Assembly (NCBI GenBank): GCA_031431395.1 | Contig: JANPDJ010000001.1 | Location: 1-60,721 of the forward strand | Source of the DNA: Chloroflexota bacterium | GTDB lineage: Bacteria > Chloroflexota > Limnocylindria > Limnocylindrales > CSP1-4 | Direction of reading: 5' to 3' | DNA: 60,721 bases | Part shown: piece by piece, positions 1 through 8,347 of the stretch | How positions within the stretch are numbered: position 1 is the stretch's first letter | Layout: the number at the start of each line of letters is the position of its first letter | Program-made: the position numbers and the translations under genes | Notes under the pieces: generated by a model | What the model was told of the DNA's origin: nothing | Databases searched by the model: none | Seen by the model: the letters and a program-made list of their open reading frames with translations, nothing else

Positions 1-746
1 ACGGCATCAAGATGATGGCCACCGGCGGCTACATGACCACGACCACCACCCCGGGCGAGGCCGCCTACCCGCGCGAGGTCTTCGAAGCGGCCGTGGAGGA
101 AGCCCACCGTCGCGGCCGGTACATCACGGCGCACGCCCACGGCGTCGAAGGGATGCGCCTGGCATCCGAGGCCGGCATCGACTGCCTCCAGCACGCCTCG
201 ATGATCGGGCCGGACGGGACCTGGCAGTTCTCGGAGGACGTCGCCCGCGGGATGGCTGCCCGGGGCACCCGCGCTGCGATGACGATGGCGCAGGGCATGC
301 GCGTGACGCGCGAATCCGGCGCGGCCGTGGACTGGCGGGCGGCGAAGCGCGGCGACCGCCTCAACATCGGAATGTGGATGGCGGATGCGCGCCAGCTCGC
401 CGATGCCGGGGTGGAGCTGGTCATCGGGACGGACATGTCGAGCGTGGTCGACACGGACCACGGCGAGGAGACCATCCTCGAGATCGAGGCATTCGTGGAA
501 ATCGGCTACACGCCGCTCATGGCGATCCGCGCCGCCACGGGCGCGGCAGCCGCGAATCTCAAGATCGAGGGCGTGACCGGCCGCCTTGTGCCCGGCCTGT
601 CGGCCGATGTGCTCGTGGTGAACGGCCGGCCCGACCGCGACATCCACGACCTCCGGAACGGGCGCCTGGTCCTGCGTGCGGGCCGCCCGGTCCTGCCCAC
701 GCCGCTGGCGCCGCCGCCGCTCCGACTCCCGGTGCAGCCCGCCTGA
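1..746 (+). CDS. Amidohydrolase-superfamily hydrolase, C-terminal part (5' end outside window)
   Basis: Reading frame is open to the window edge (..GIKMMATGG). Motifs ITAHAHG, CLQHAS and VIGTD are typical of metal-dependent amidohydrolases. Confidence 0.7.
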   Translation, partial: GIKMMATGGYMTTTTTPGEAAYPREVFEAAVEEAHRRGRYITAHAHGVEGMRLASEAGIDCLQHASMIGPDGTWQFSEDVARGMAARGTRAAMTMAQGMRVTRESGAAVDWRAAKRGDRLNIGMWMADARQLADAGVELVIGTDMSSVVDTDHGEETILEIEAFVEIGYTPLMAIRAATGAAAANLKIEGVTGRLVPGLSADVLVVNGRPDRDIHDLRNGRLVLRAGRPVLPTPLAPPPLRLPVQPA

Positions 747-855
747 CGTCGCCTGGCCGGGGCGCGGCGACGGCGCGACGGCTTGCGACCGCGGCGACAG
801 CCCGACCGCGGGCCCGGCTGCCCGGCCGTCCTGCCCGACCCGACGCGTTCGCGCG

Positions 856-1803
856 CTACTTCGCGAAGACGTTCCCGGCCGCCTGGCCCCACTTCTGCAG
901 GATCTCCAGGTACGCGCCGTCGTTCACCATGGAGGACAGGGCCCGCTGGACGGCCGCCTTCAGGTCGGGGTGGTCCTTGCCGATGCTGATGCCCTCCTTC
1001 GTGACGCCCAGGGTCAGCCCGGACAGCTCCAGCGCATCGGGATGCAGCACGACGAAGTAGGCCGCCAGCGGCGAGTCCGTGAAGTACGCGTCCACCTGGC
1101 CCCCCTGGAGGGCGACCAGCGCGTCATCGTCCTTCTCGAACGTCTTCAGGCTGATCCTGGCCTTGCCGGCCTTGCTGCACTGCGCCGACAGGCCCTGGCC
1201 GTCGTAGTCGCCGGTTCCGTTGATGAAATCCACTTCGGCCGAAGCAGCCTGGGCGGCGATCACCTTGCCGCACAGGTCCTGCTGGGTCTTGATGTTCTGC
1301 GGGTTGCCCTTGGCGACGAGGAACGACTGGCCGGCCTTGAAGTAGGTGATCATGTCCACCTGCTTCTTGCGGGCGGCCGTGATCCGCTGGGCCGACACGA
1401 TGATGTCGCACTTGCGCGCGTTCAACGCATCCACCAGGTTGTCGAAGAGGGTGTCCACGAAGACCGCCGTCAGGCCCAGGCGCCGGCCGATCTCCGTGGC
1501 GATCTCGACATCGGATCCCGCCGGGTTGCCGCCGGTCTCGTAGTACTCCTGCGGAACGTAGCTGAGGTCCGAACAGATCATGAGCCTGCCCGGGAACAGG
1601 AGTTGATCGGAGGGGACGTTCGCGATCGCCGTTGGGGAGGCCACCTCCGACGGGCTCGCGGACGCCGGGGCGGCGCTGGCAGTCGCGGCGGATCCGCTCG
1701 GGGCGGCGCTCTTGCCGGCGCTTGGACTCGGGCTGGACGATCCGCACGCGGACACGAAGACGATCGCCAGGGCGATGGCGAACCGGGAACGAAGTGCGTG
1801 CAC
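856..1803 (-). CDS. ABC transporter substrate-binding lipoprotein, family 3 (polar amino acid type)
   Basis: GTG start chosen inside ORF 856..1932. It is followed by a signal peptide and lipobox (IVFVSAC) and a Ser/Ala-rich linker. The SBP_bac_3-like body includes DVEIATEIGRRLGL and CDIIVSAQRIT. Confidence 0.75.
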   Translation of the reverse strand: MHALRSRFAIALAIVFVSACGSSSPSPSAGKSAAPSGSAATASAAPASASPSEVASPTAIANVPSDQLLFPGRLMICSDLSYVPQEYYETGGNPAGSDVEIATEIGRRLGLTAVFVDTLFDNLVDALNARKCDIIVSAQRITAARKKQVDMITYFKAGQSFLVAKGNPQNIKTQQDLCGKVIAAQAASAEVDFINGTGDYDGQGLSAQCSKAGKARISLKTFEKDDDALVALQGGQVDAYFTDSPLAAYFVVLHPDALELSGLTLGVTKEGISIGKDHPDLKAAVQRALSSMVNDGAYLEILQKWGQAAGNVFAK

Positions 1804-1955
1804 GGGGACTGACCTCAACGTGGGAGCGCTGCTGGACGGGGAGTCGCGCGGCGGCTGCCGGAGCGCAAGTCCGGGCAGGGTACACCCGACCCGCGGAATA
1901 GGACGCGGCGGTCGTCGCGATTGGTGCGCCATCGAGGCGCCCGGCTCCGGCGCTG

Positions 1956-2378
1956 CTACGGCCCCTGGGGCGACTGGAAGATCTCGAAGGTGGCACGACC
2001 CAGGACCACCAGTCCCACGCCCACGAGCCAGAGGCCAGGCGAGCGGTCGGGCAGCCCAAGGACGCCCCTTCCCCAGAGCTCGAAGGCCCGCAGCAGCACG
2101 CCGATGAGGCCGACAAGGAACAGCACGAGGTACGGCGGCCAGCGGTCGAGTCCCACGGGCCGGTCGCCCGCCGCGTATGGGAGCGTAACGAGCCCAAGCG
2201 TGGCGAGTGCCACGAGGAACACGAGGATGCCACTCGCCTCGAAGGCGTTGCCCGTCACTGCCGGCAGGCCCCCGACCTGCCCCCCGGCCGTGTACCAGGG
2301 AAGCACGCAGCCGGCAAGGAGGATGAGGGCAGACCCGGCGGCCATCCAGCGCCCGCGGCCGACAGGGTAGCGATACAT
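1956..2378 (-). CDS. Small integral membrane protein (about 4 hydrophobic helices), function unknown
   Basis: 140-aa ORF with repeated hydrophobic stretches (ALILLAGCVLPW, ILVFLVALATLGLV, YLVLFLVGLIGVLL, LWLVGVGLVVLG). Same strand as its neighbours. Confidence 0.5.
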   Translation of the reverse strand: MYRYPVGRGRWMAAGSALILLAGCVLPWYTAGGQVGGLPAVTGNAFEASGILVFLVALATLGLVTLPYAAGDRPVGLDRWPPYLVLFLVGLIGVLLRAFELWGRGVLGLPDRSPGLWLVGVGLVVLGRATFEIFQSPQGP

Positions 2379-2394
2379 CTACTGGGCCCCGGAG

Positions 2395-2961
2395 CTACTG
2401 GGTCTCGTAGACGCTGGGCCGCAGCACGCCCACAAAGATAAGGTTGCGGTACAACTCACCGTAGTCGAGGCCGTAGCCGACAACGAACTGGTCGGGAATC
2501 GAGAAGCCCACGTAGTCGATGGGGATGTCCACGAGGCGGCGGGCCGGCTTGTCGAGCAGCGCGCAGATCCGCAGCGATCGCGGGTTCTTGCCCCGCAGGT
2601 AGCGGAGTAGGTAGTTCAGCGTGAGGCCGGTGTCGATGATGTCCTCCACGAGGAGGACATCCGAGCCGTCGATGGACGCACTGAGGTCCTTGAGGATCCG
2701 GACCAGGCCCGAGGATTCGGTGGTCTGGCCCCCGTACGACGAGACCTCCATCAGGTCGATCCGGACCGGGATCGTGATCGCCCGCATCAGGTCGGCCATG
2801 AACGGCAGCGATCCTTTGAGCACGCTCACGAGGGTCAGCTCACGCCCGGCGTACGTCTCGCTGATCTGTGCGCCCAACTCCGATACCCGGGCCGCGATCT
2901 GCTCGGCATCCAGCAGAACCCGCTCGACGTCCGCCTCGAGGTCCGGCTGCTGGGCTGTCAC
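2395..2961 (-). CDS. hpt: Hypoxanthine-guanine phosphoribosyltransferase
   Basis: PRPP-binding loop VLLVEDIIDTGLTL; full-length resemblance to Hpt (LKGSLPFMADL, VVGYGLDY). GTG start overlaps the upstream stop (GTGA). Confidence 0.9.
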   Translation of the reverse strand: MTAQQPDLEADVERVLLDAEQIAARVSELGAQISETYAGRELTLVSVLKGSLPFMADLMRAITIPVRIDLMEVSSYGGQTTESSGLVRILKDLSASIDGSDVLLVEDIIDTGLTLNYLLRYLRGKNPRSLRICALLDKPARRLVDIPIDYVGFSIPDQFVVGYGLDYGELYRNLIFVGVLRPSVYETQ

Positions 2962-3548
2962 GCCTCAGGTCCGCCGGCGCCAACGAGGACCGCCGCGTGC
3001 GAGCGCCGGCGCCGCCGCGGCCGACGCGAGCAGCAGGGGGATGCGGCCTGCACCGTGGCAAGTGTTTCGGGATGTAGTGATCCCGGCGCCGCGATGGCCT
3101 CCGGAAGGCGGTCGGCGACACCCTCCGGCAGCACCTGCCCCTGGGTGCCCGACAGGGCCTCGACAAGAGCGAGCCTGCCGTACTTGAGCATCAGCGCCCG
3201 GAAGTCGCGTGCGTACAGGAGCTTGATGCCGATGTCCGGGTACAACTCCCGCAGGCGGCGCAACTTCCGGTTCTTCTTGCGCACGAGCGGCTGCCGGAGC
3301 GTCGTCAACTCGAGGTAGGTGTCGAAGTCCGGCAGGTAGAAGTCCGGGGAGAAGCTCTCCACCACGGCCCCGTCCATGTTCCACAGGATGGGGAACACGT
3401 GCGGCTCGTACTCCCAGCTGACCGCGTAGAAGTCGAGGATCCGCGCAAACTCGGTTTCGCTGGCATGGGCAAAGGCGGCTCTGCTGGGGGAGCGCTTCGC
3501 GACGGAAGCGGCGGGGCCGGAAGCAGGCGTCGCGGCGTCCCCGTCCAT
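2958..3548 (-). CDS. Conserved-looking hypothetical protein, translationally coupled to hpt
   Basis: 196-aa ORF whose stop overlaps the hpt start by 4 nt. The core SPDFYLPDFDTYLELTT...KKNRK could be a PD-(D/E)xK-like nuclease motif, but this is only a guess. Confidence 0.5.
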   Translation of the reverse strand: MDGDAATPASGPAASVAKRSPSRAAFAHASETEFARILDFYAVSWEYEPHVFPILWNMDGAVVESFSPDFYLPDFDTYLELTTLRQPLVRKKNRKLRRLRELYPDIGIKLLYARDFRALMLKYGRLALVEALSGTQGQVLPEGVADRLPEAIAAPGSLHPETLATVQAASPCCSRRPRRRRRSHAAVLVGAGGPEA

Positions 3549-3660
3549 CAGCGGGCGAACTGCCTCGCCGGGATGAGACGTGCCGTCGTGGGGTCTGCCA
3601 TCGGCCCTGAGTCTACCCGTTCCGTGGTCGCCGGGCGCAACCGTCCATCATCGGGTAGGT

Positions 3661-3679
3661 CATACCCCCGGGGAGTATG
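3661..3679. promoter_or_regulatory. CsoR-type operator-like palindrome CATACCCCCGGGGAGTATG, overlapping a possible -10 (TATGAT, 3676-3681)
   Basis: 19-nt inverted repeat with one mismatched pair, about 60 nt upstream of csoR. Its ATAC-C/G-tract-GTAT shape matches known CsoR operators. Confidence 0.5.
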
Positions 3680-3737
3680 ATGCGCGCGACAGGCTCAGGA
3701 CCCAGGCCGATTCTCGCCGCAGGAGTGCCCCTTCCCG

Positions 3738-4136
3738 ATGGCCGCAGCGGACCGCCCAGTTCCCGCAGCCGCCACGTCGGCGAGCCACGCAGACGGTCAT
3801 GGGCGCACGGCCGGGCCGGCCGCCCCCTCGTTCCGGCATTCCTACAGCAAGGACAAGACGCTGCTCACACGCCGCCTGAGCCGGATCGAGGGGCAGGTGC
3901 GCGGCATCGCCCGGATGATCGAGCGCGAGGAATACTGCGTGGACATCCTCCAGCAGACCTCTGCGCTGCGGGCCGCAGTGGATGCCCTTGCCGTGCTGGT
4001 CCTGGAGGATCATGTCCAGGGTTGCGTGCGCACGGCCGCCGAGCGGGGGGAAGCGGACGCCTACGTCCAGGAGGTGCTGGAGGTCGTGCGCCGTACGCTG
4101 GGCCGGCCCGTCCGCGGGAGCGGCCGCACAACATAG
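3738..4136 (+). CDS. csoR: CsoR/RcnR-family metal-sensing transcriptional repressor
   Basis: LLTRRLSRIEGQVRGIARMIEREEYCVDILQQTSA..LEDHVQGC is the DUF156 fold with the C..H-x3-C ligand pattern. Start uncertain. Confidence 0.85.
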   Translation: MAAADRPVPAAATSASHADGHGRTAGPAAPSFRHSYSKDKTLLTRRLSRIEGQVRGIARMIEREEYCVDILQQTSALRAAVDALAVLVLEDHVQGCVRTAAERGEADAYVQEVLEVVRRTLGRPVRGSGRTT

Positions 4137-4152
4137 CGCGGCGGCCAGGTAC

Positions 4153-4193
4153 TTATCCACGTTGTTCCGCGACGCCGCGCAGTTCGTGGATAA
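4153..4193. repeat. Perfect 9-bp inverted repeat TTATCCACG-N23-CGTGGATAA (DnaA-box-like 9-mers)
   Basis: Read directly from the sequence. Each arm matches the TTATCCACA DnaA box at 8 of 9 positions. It lies just upstream of a TTGACA(4199)-18-TACCGT(4223) promoter-like pair in front of rsmG. Confidence 0.6.
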
Positions 4194-4399
4194 CCACGTT
4201 GACACGGCGAGTTGCCCCCGTCTACCGTCCGGCGACCGCACTCGGGCAGGGCTCGACCGGGTAACGTGGCTGGGACGGGGACCGGGGAGACTCGGCCGTG
4301 AACACCCGACCAGCCAGGGAAAACCGTGATGCCGCAGGGTGCGAGGCGATCGAGGATGGGAGCGGTTCGCGTGGGCTCCACGACGCGAGGAGCGTCGGG

Positions 4400-5311
4400 A
4401 TGAGCCCGGCACGTGAGCCGCTTCCGCCACGCCCCCGGCCCGGCGAATCCGCATCCGGTGCCGGCCCGGTTCGCGGGTCGCCGGTGGATCGCCCTCCGCT
4501 TCCAACAGATCCCGCAGGGCTCCCGCCGCTCCCGGAGCGCTTCCACGACGTCCTGCGGGACGGCCTGGCAACCATGGGACTTGACCTGTCGCGTACCCAA
4601 CTCCACGCCCTCGACGCGTATGTCCGGCTGCTGCTGGCATGGACAGATGCGATCAACCTGACCGCGATCCGCGAACCGGCGGCTGTCGCGCGCGATCATC
4701 TACTTGACAGCCTCTCGGCGGTGGCGCTGCTGCGTGAAACGGGCGCCCGCCGGATCCTGGATCTCGGCAGCGGCGGCGGCCTGCCCGGCATCCCCATCGG
4801 GATTGCGCTCCCCGCGGCTCACGTGCTTCTCGTGGAATCGATCGCCAAGAAGGCAGCGTTCCTGCGGACGGCCGTCCGCGCGATTGGTGCGGATCGCCGC
4901 ATCGAGGTGGCCGCGGAGCGCGCCGAGGCCCTTGCCTCGCCGGGTCGTGGTCGCGATTCGTTCGACGCCGTCACCGTTCGCGGCGTCGCCGGGCTCCCCG
5001 AGTTGATCGAACTGTCGTTCCCGCTCCTGCGGATCGGCGGCCAGGTCATCGCGTGGAAGCGCGAGCCGCAGCAGGCCGACATCGATGCCGGCAGGGAGCC
5101 CCTCCATCGGGAACTGGCGGCGGGACGGAACGCGGCGCGGGTGCTCGGCGGAGAGCTCGATATTGTCCCGGTCACAGTCGAGGGCCTCGAGCACCACCGG
5201 CTGGTCGTCGTCGCGAAGCGGCGTGCGACGCCGGTCCGGTTTCCCCGCTCCCCCGGGGAGCGGCGTGCAGAGCCCCTTGGGGCCCTGCTCCACGGGGCTC
5301 TGCACGGGTAG
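4400..5311 (+). CDS. rsmG: 16S rRNA (guanine527-N7)-methyltransferase RsmG/GidB
   Basis: LLLAWTDAINLTAIREPAAVARDHLLDS and the SAM motif ILDLGSGGGLPGIPIGI. Start set at an internal ATG of ORF 4298..5311 and is uncertain; there is a Pro-rich N-terminal extension. Confidence 0.8.
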   Translation: MSPAREPLPPRPRPGESASGAGPVRGSPVDRPPLPTDPAGLPPLPERFHDVLRDGLATMGLDLSRTQLHALDAYVRLLLAWTDAINLTAIREPAAVARDHLLDSLSAVALLRETGARRILDLGSGGGLPGIPIGIALPAAHVLLVESIAKKAAFLRTAVRAIGADRRIEVAAERAEALASPGRGRDSFDAVTVRGVAGLPELIELSFPLLRIGGQVIAWKREPQQADIDAGREPLHRELAAGRNAARVLGGELDIVPVTVEGLEHHRLVVVAKRRATPVRFPRSPGERRAEPLGALLHGALHG

Positions 5312-5383
5312 GGCCCATCCGTGCTCGCGCGGGCCCACGACCCACCGGCAGCCATCGCGGTGGCCGCGCTACCCTGACCACAC

Positions 5384-6106
5384 ATGCGAATTCTCGTGGT
5401 CTCCGACGTTCATGCGAACCTGCGCGCCCTGGACGCCGTCATCGACGCGGCCGGCAGCGTGGACGCGCTGTGGCACCTGGGCGACGTCGTGGGGTATGGG
5501 CCGGATCCGGACGCCGTGGTCGGGCGGTTGCGCGCGCTCGGCGCCGTCGGCGTTTGCGGCAACCACGACGCGGCAGCGCTGGGCGGCCGGGAGATCGAGC
5601 AGTTCAACGTTGATGCGCGCCGCGCCATGGAGTGGACGAAGGGCACGATCTCGTCCCAGACGCAGGAATGGCTGGCGGCACAGCCGCTCCGGCGAGAGGA
5701 CGGCCCGTACAGCCTGGTCCACGGGAGCCCGCGCGATCCGATCTGGGAGTACATCACCTCCGCGCCTGTCGCGCGAGCCAACCTCGCGATCCTCGGCACC
5801 TCCATTGGGCTCTTCGGCCACACGCACCTCCCGATCGTCTACCGCGACGAGCACGGGATGATCGAGACCATCTCGCCGTCGCACGGCTCGACGATCCGCC
5901 TGGACGATCGCCGGACCCTGCTGAACCCGGGCAGCGTTGGCCAGCCTCGCGACGGCGATCGGCGGGCGGCCTTTTTCGTGCTGGACACGGAACGCAGCGA
6001 GGGGCGTTGGGGGCGCGTGGCGTACGACATCGCCGGCACGCAGGCGGACATGCGCGCGGCAAAGCTGCCGGAGCGGCTGATCGCCCGGCTGGACCATGGG
6101 CTCTGA
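5384..6106 (+). CDS. Metallophosphoesterase (YfcE/MJ0936-like)
   Basis: MRILVVSDVHAN, GDVVGYGPDP, CGNHD and GHTH are the calcineurin-like phosphoesterase signature. Confidence 0.85.
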   Translation: MRILVVSDVHANLRALDAVIDAAGSVDALWHLGDVVGYGPDPDAVVGRLRALGAVGVCGNHDAAALGGREIEQFNVDARRAMEWTKGTISSQTQEWLAAQPLRREDGPYSLVHGSPRDPIWEYITSAPVARANLAILGTSIGLFGHTHLPIVYRDEHGMIETISPSHGSTIRLDDRRTLLNPGSVGQPRDGDRRAAFFVLDTERSEGRWGRVAYDIAGTQADMRAAKLPERLIARLDHGL

Positions 6107-6227
6107 TCGCCCGGCGCCGCGGCTTGGCCGCGTGGTAGCGTCCGCGGCGATGTTCATGTGCCTACGCGGATACGACATGGATGCGCCCGCTGCAGATCGC
6201 GCTGCCCCGAACGTCGGCTGCTGACCC

Positions 6228-8282
6228 GTGCCACGACCGGATGACGCCACGACCGGCCCGGAGGCGGGACCGGGCGGACACGATGCCAACGCCGCCCTGA
6301 AGGGCCGCAAGCTCGGTGACCGCCGCGTACGAGTGGACCGGCCACATAGCCCGTACTTCCGCTACACCCGTGCCGGACTGGAGGCACGCGAGGCGGCCAG
6401 CATCCCCAACACGCCCGCAGGGCGACTCCAGGCCCGGATCCGGCGAACGTTCATCGGCCGGCCGCTGGCGTCGGAAGAGGAGATCGGCGAGCGGCTCTCG
6501 AAGAAGAAGGCCCTGGCCATCTTCAGTTCGGATGCGATCTCGTCGTCGGCGTACGCAACCGAGGAAATCCTGCGGGTCCTGATCCTCGCGGGAGCGGCCG
6601 CGCTCGCCTTCGGGCTCGAGATCAGCATCGCGATTGCCCTGCTCCTGGCGGTCGTCGCGATCAGCTACCGCCAGGTCTGCCGCTCGTACCCCAACGGCGG
6701 CGGCTCCTACTCCGTGTCGCGGGCCAATTTCGGACGGCTCGCGTCCCTGGTCGCCGCGTCGGCCCTGCTGATCGACTACGTGATGACCGTGGCCGTCTCC
6801 ACGTCGTCGGCCGTGGAGCAGATCACGTCCGCCGTCCCGGAGCTGCTCGACGAACGCGTGTTGATCGGCGTGATCGCGATCGTGCTGATCACCCTCGGCA
6901 ACCTCCGGGGTCTGCGCGAGTCGGGCAACATCTTCGCCGTCCCGACGTACCTGTTTCTCGGTTCGGCGCTGCTGATGATCGGGATCGGCGTGTTCCGGAT
7001 CGTCGTCCTTGGCGAGGGAAGCTCGTATGCGGACGGCCTTGCGGCGCAGGCGCCGAAGACGGCCGAGTCGGTCGGCGTGCTGCTCCTCCTGCGGGCCTTT
7101 GCGGCAGGCTCCGTCGCCTTGACGGGGACGGAGGCGATCGCCACCGGCGTTCAGGCGTTCAAGCCGCCCGAATCCAAGAACGCGTCGCAGACGCTGGCGA
7201 TCATGGCCGTCCTCCTGGGGGTGCTGTTCATCGGCATCTCGTTCCTGGCGGTGAATTTCGCGATCGAACCGATCACGTCGCCGGCGACAAAGACGGTGAT
7301 CTCACAGGTGGCAGGTCGGGTCTACGGCGACGGAACGATCCCGTTCTTCCTGTTCCAGGCGTTCACGGCACTGCTCCTGTTCCTTGCCGCGAACACGTCC
7401 TTCGCCGCGTTCCCGCGCCTCGCCGCCATCCTGGCTGAGGACGGGTTCATGCCGCGGCAGTTCAGCTTCCGCGGCGACCGCCTGGCGTTCTCGTGGGGCA
7501 TCGTCGTGCTGGGCCTGGTCGCGGCGTCGCTGGTGGTGATCTTCCACGGCGAGACGCATCTGCTGATCCCGCTGTATGCCATCGGCGTGTTCATCGACTT
7601 CACGATCAGCCAGGCCGGCATGATCCGGCACTGGCTCACGACCCGTGAGCCGGGCTGGCGCCGCCGGCTGGCGATCAACGCGACCGGCTGTGTTCTGACG
7701 TTCACGGTCGGCGTCATCGTCACCATCGCGAAGGCACCGCAGTCGCTCATTGTGCTGATCCTCATCCCGGTACTGGTCAGCCTGATGCTGTTCATCCGGC
7801 GCCAGTACGACGCCCACGAGCGCGAGTTGTTCGTACCTGAACACGCGCTGATCGCCGGCCCGCATCGCGAGCAGCGCGTCGTGATCCCGGTGAACGGCAT
7901 CAACCGCGCCGTCGTCCAAGCCGTCAACTTCGGGCGCACGCTCGCCAAGGATGTCCGCGCCGTCTATGTCACGGACGACACGGAGGAGGCCGACCGGCTG
8001 CGCAGCCGGTGGGAACGCCAGTTGCCGGGGGTGGTGCTGGTCATCGTCGAATCCCCGTACCGCGCCCTCATCGAACCCGTGATCGCCTATCTCGATGTCC
8101 TGGAGAACACGTGGCCGACGGATAAGGAAGCCGCGCTGACGATCGTGGTCCTGCCGGAATACGTGGCGCGGCACTGGTGGGAGCGCCTGCTGTACAACCA
8201 GTCGGCCATGCGACTCAAGGCGGCGCTGGTCGGCCGCGAGCGAACGGTGATTGCCGACGTGCCGTATCGTCGGGAGCGATGA
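6228..8282 (+). CDS. kimA: KimA-like K+/H+ symporter (APC superfamily permease with C-terminal cytoplasmic domain), paralog 1
   Basis: Motif-by-motif resemblance to B. subtilis KimA as I recall it: LSKKKALAIFSSDAISSSAYATEEIL, SYRQVCRSYPNGGGSY, LIDYVMTVAVS, NLRGLRESGNIF, ANTSFAAFPRL, RGDRLAFSWG, LIPLYAIGVF. C-terminal SPYRALIEP and LYNQSA. Confidence 0.7.
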   Translation: MPRPDDATTGPEAGPGGHDANAALKGRKLGDRRVRVDRPHSPYFRYTRAGLEAREAASIPNTPAGRLQARIRRTFIGRPLASEEEIGERLSKKKALAIFSSDAISSSAYATEEILRVLILAGAAALAFGLEISIAIALLLAVVAISYRQVCRSYPNGGGSYSVSRANFGRLASLVAASALLIDYVMTVAVSTSSAVEQITSAVPELLDERVLIGVIAIVLITLGNLRGLRESGNIFAVPTYLFLGSALLMIGIGVFRIVVLGEGSSYADGLAAQAPKTAESVGVLLLLRAFAAGSVALTGTEAIATGVQAFKPPESKNASQTLAIMAVLLGVLFIGISFLAVNFAIEPITSPATKTVISQVAGRVYGDGTIPFFLFQAFTALLLFLAANTSFAAFPRLAAILAEDGFMPRQFSFRGDRLAFSWGIVVLGLVAASLVVIFHGETHLLIPLYAIGVFIDFTISQAGMIRHWLTTREPGWRRRLAINATGCVLTFTVGVIVTIAKAPQSLIVLILIPVLVSLMLFIRRQYDAHERELFVPEHALIAGPHREQRVVIPVNGINRAVVQAVNFGRTLAKDVRAVYVTDDTEEADRLRSRWERQLPGVVLVIVESPYRALIEPVIAYLDVLENTWPTDKEAALTIVVLPEYVARHWWERLLYNQSAMRLKAALVGRERTVIADVPYRRER

Positions 8283-8347
8283 CAGCGCCCAACGCGGGCC
8301 GTCGCCGGGCCGCGCCCGCGGCCAGCCGATATCCAACCTGGTGATGG

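Noticed and set aside
4153-4193. Chromosomal replication origin
   Set aside because: There are only two DnaA-box-like 9-mers, no AT-rich unwinding element, and no dnaA/dnaN nearby. It is kept as a regulatory-site hypothesis only.
6107-6227. c-di-AMP (ydaO) riboswitch upstream of the KimA-like genes, as in Bacillus
   Set aside because: The gap is only about 120 nt, and I see none of the conserved ydaO core elements or the pseudo-twofold architecture.
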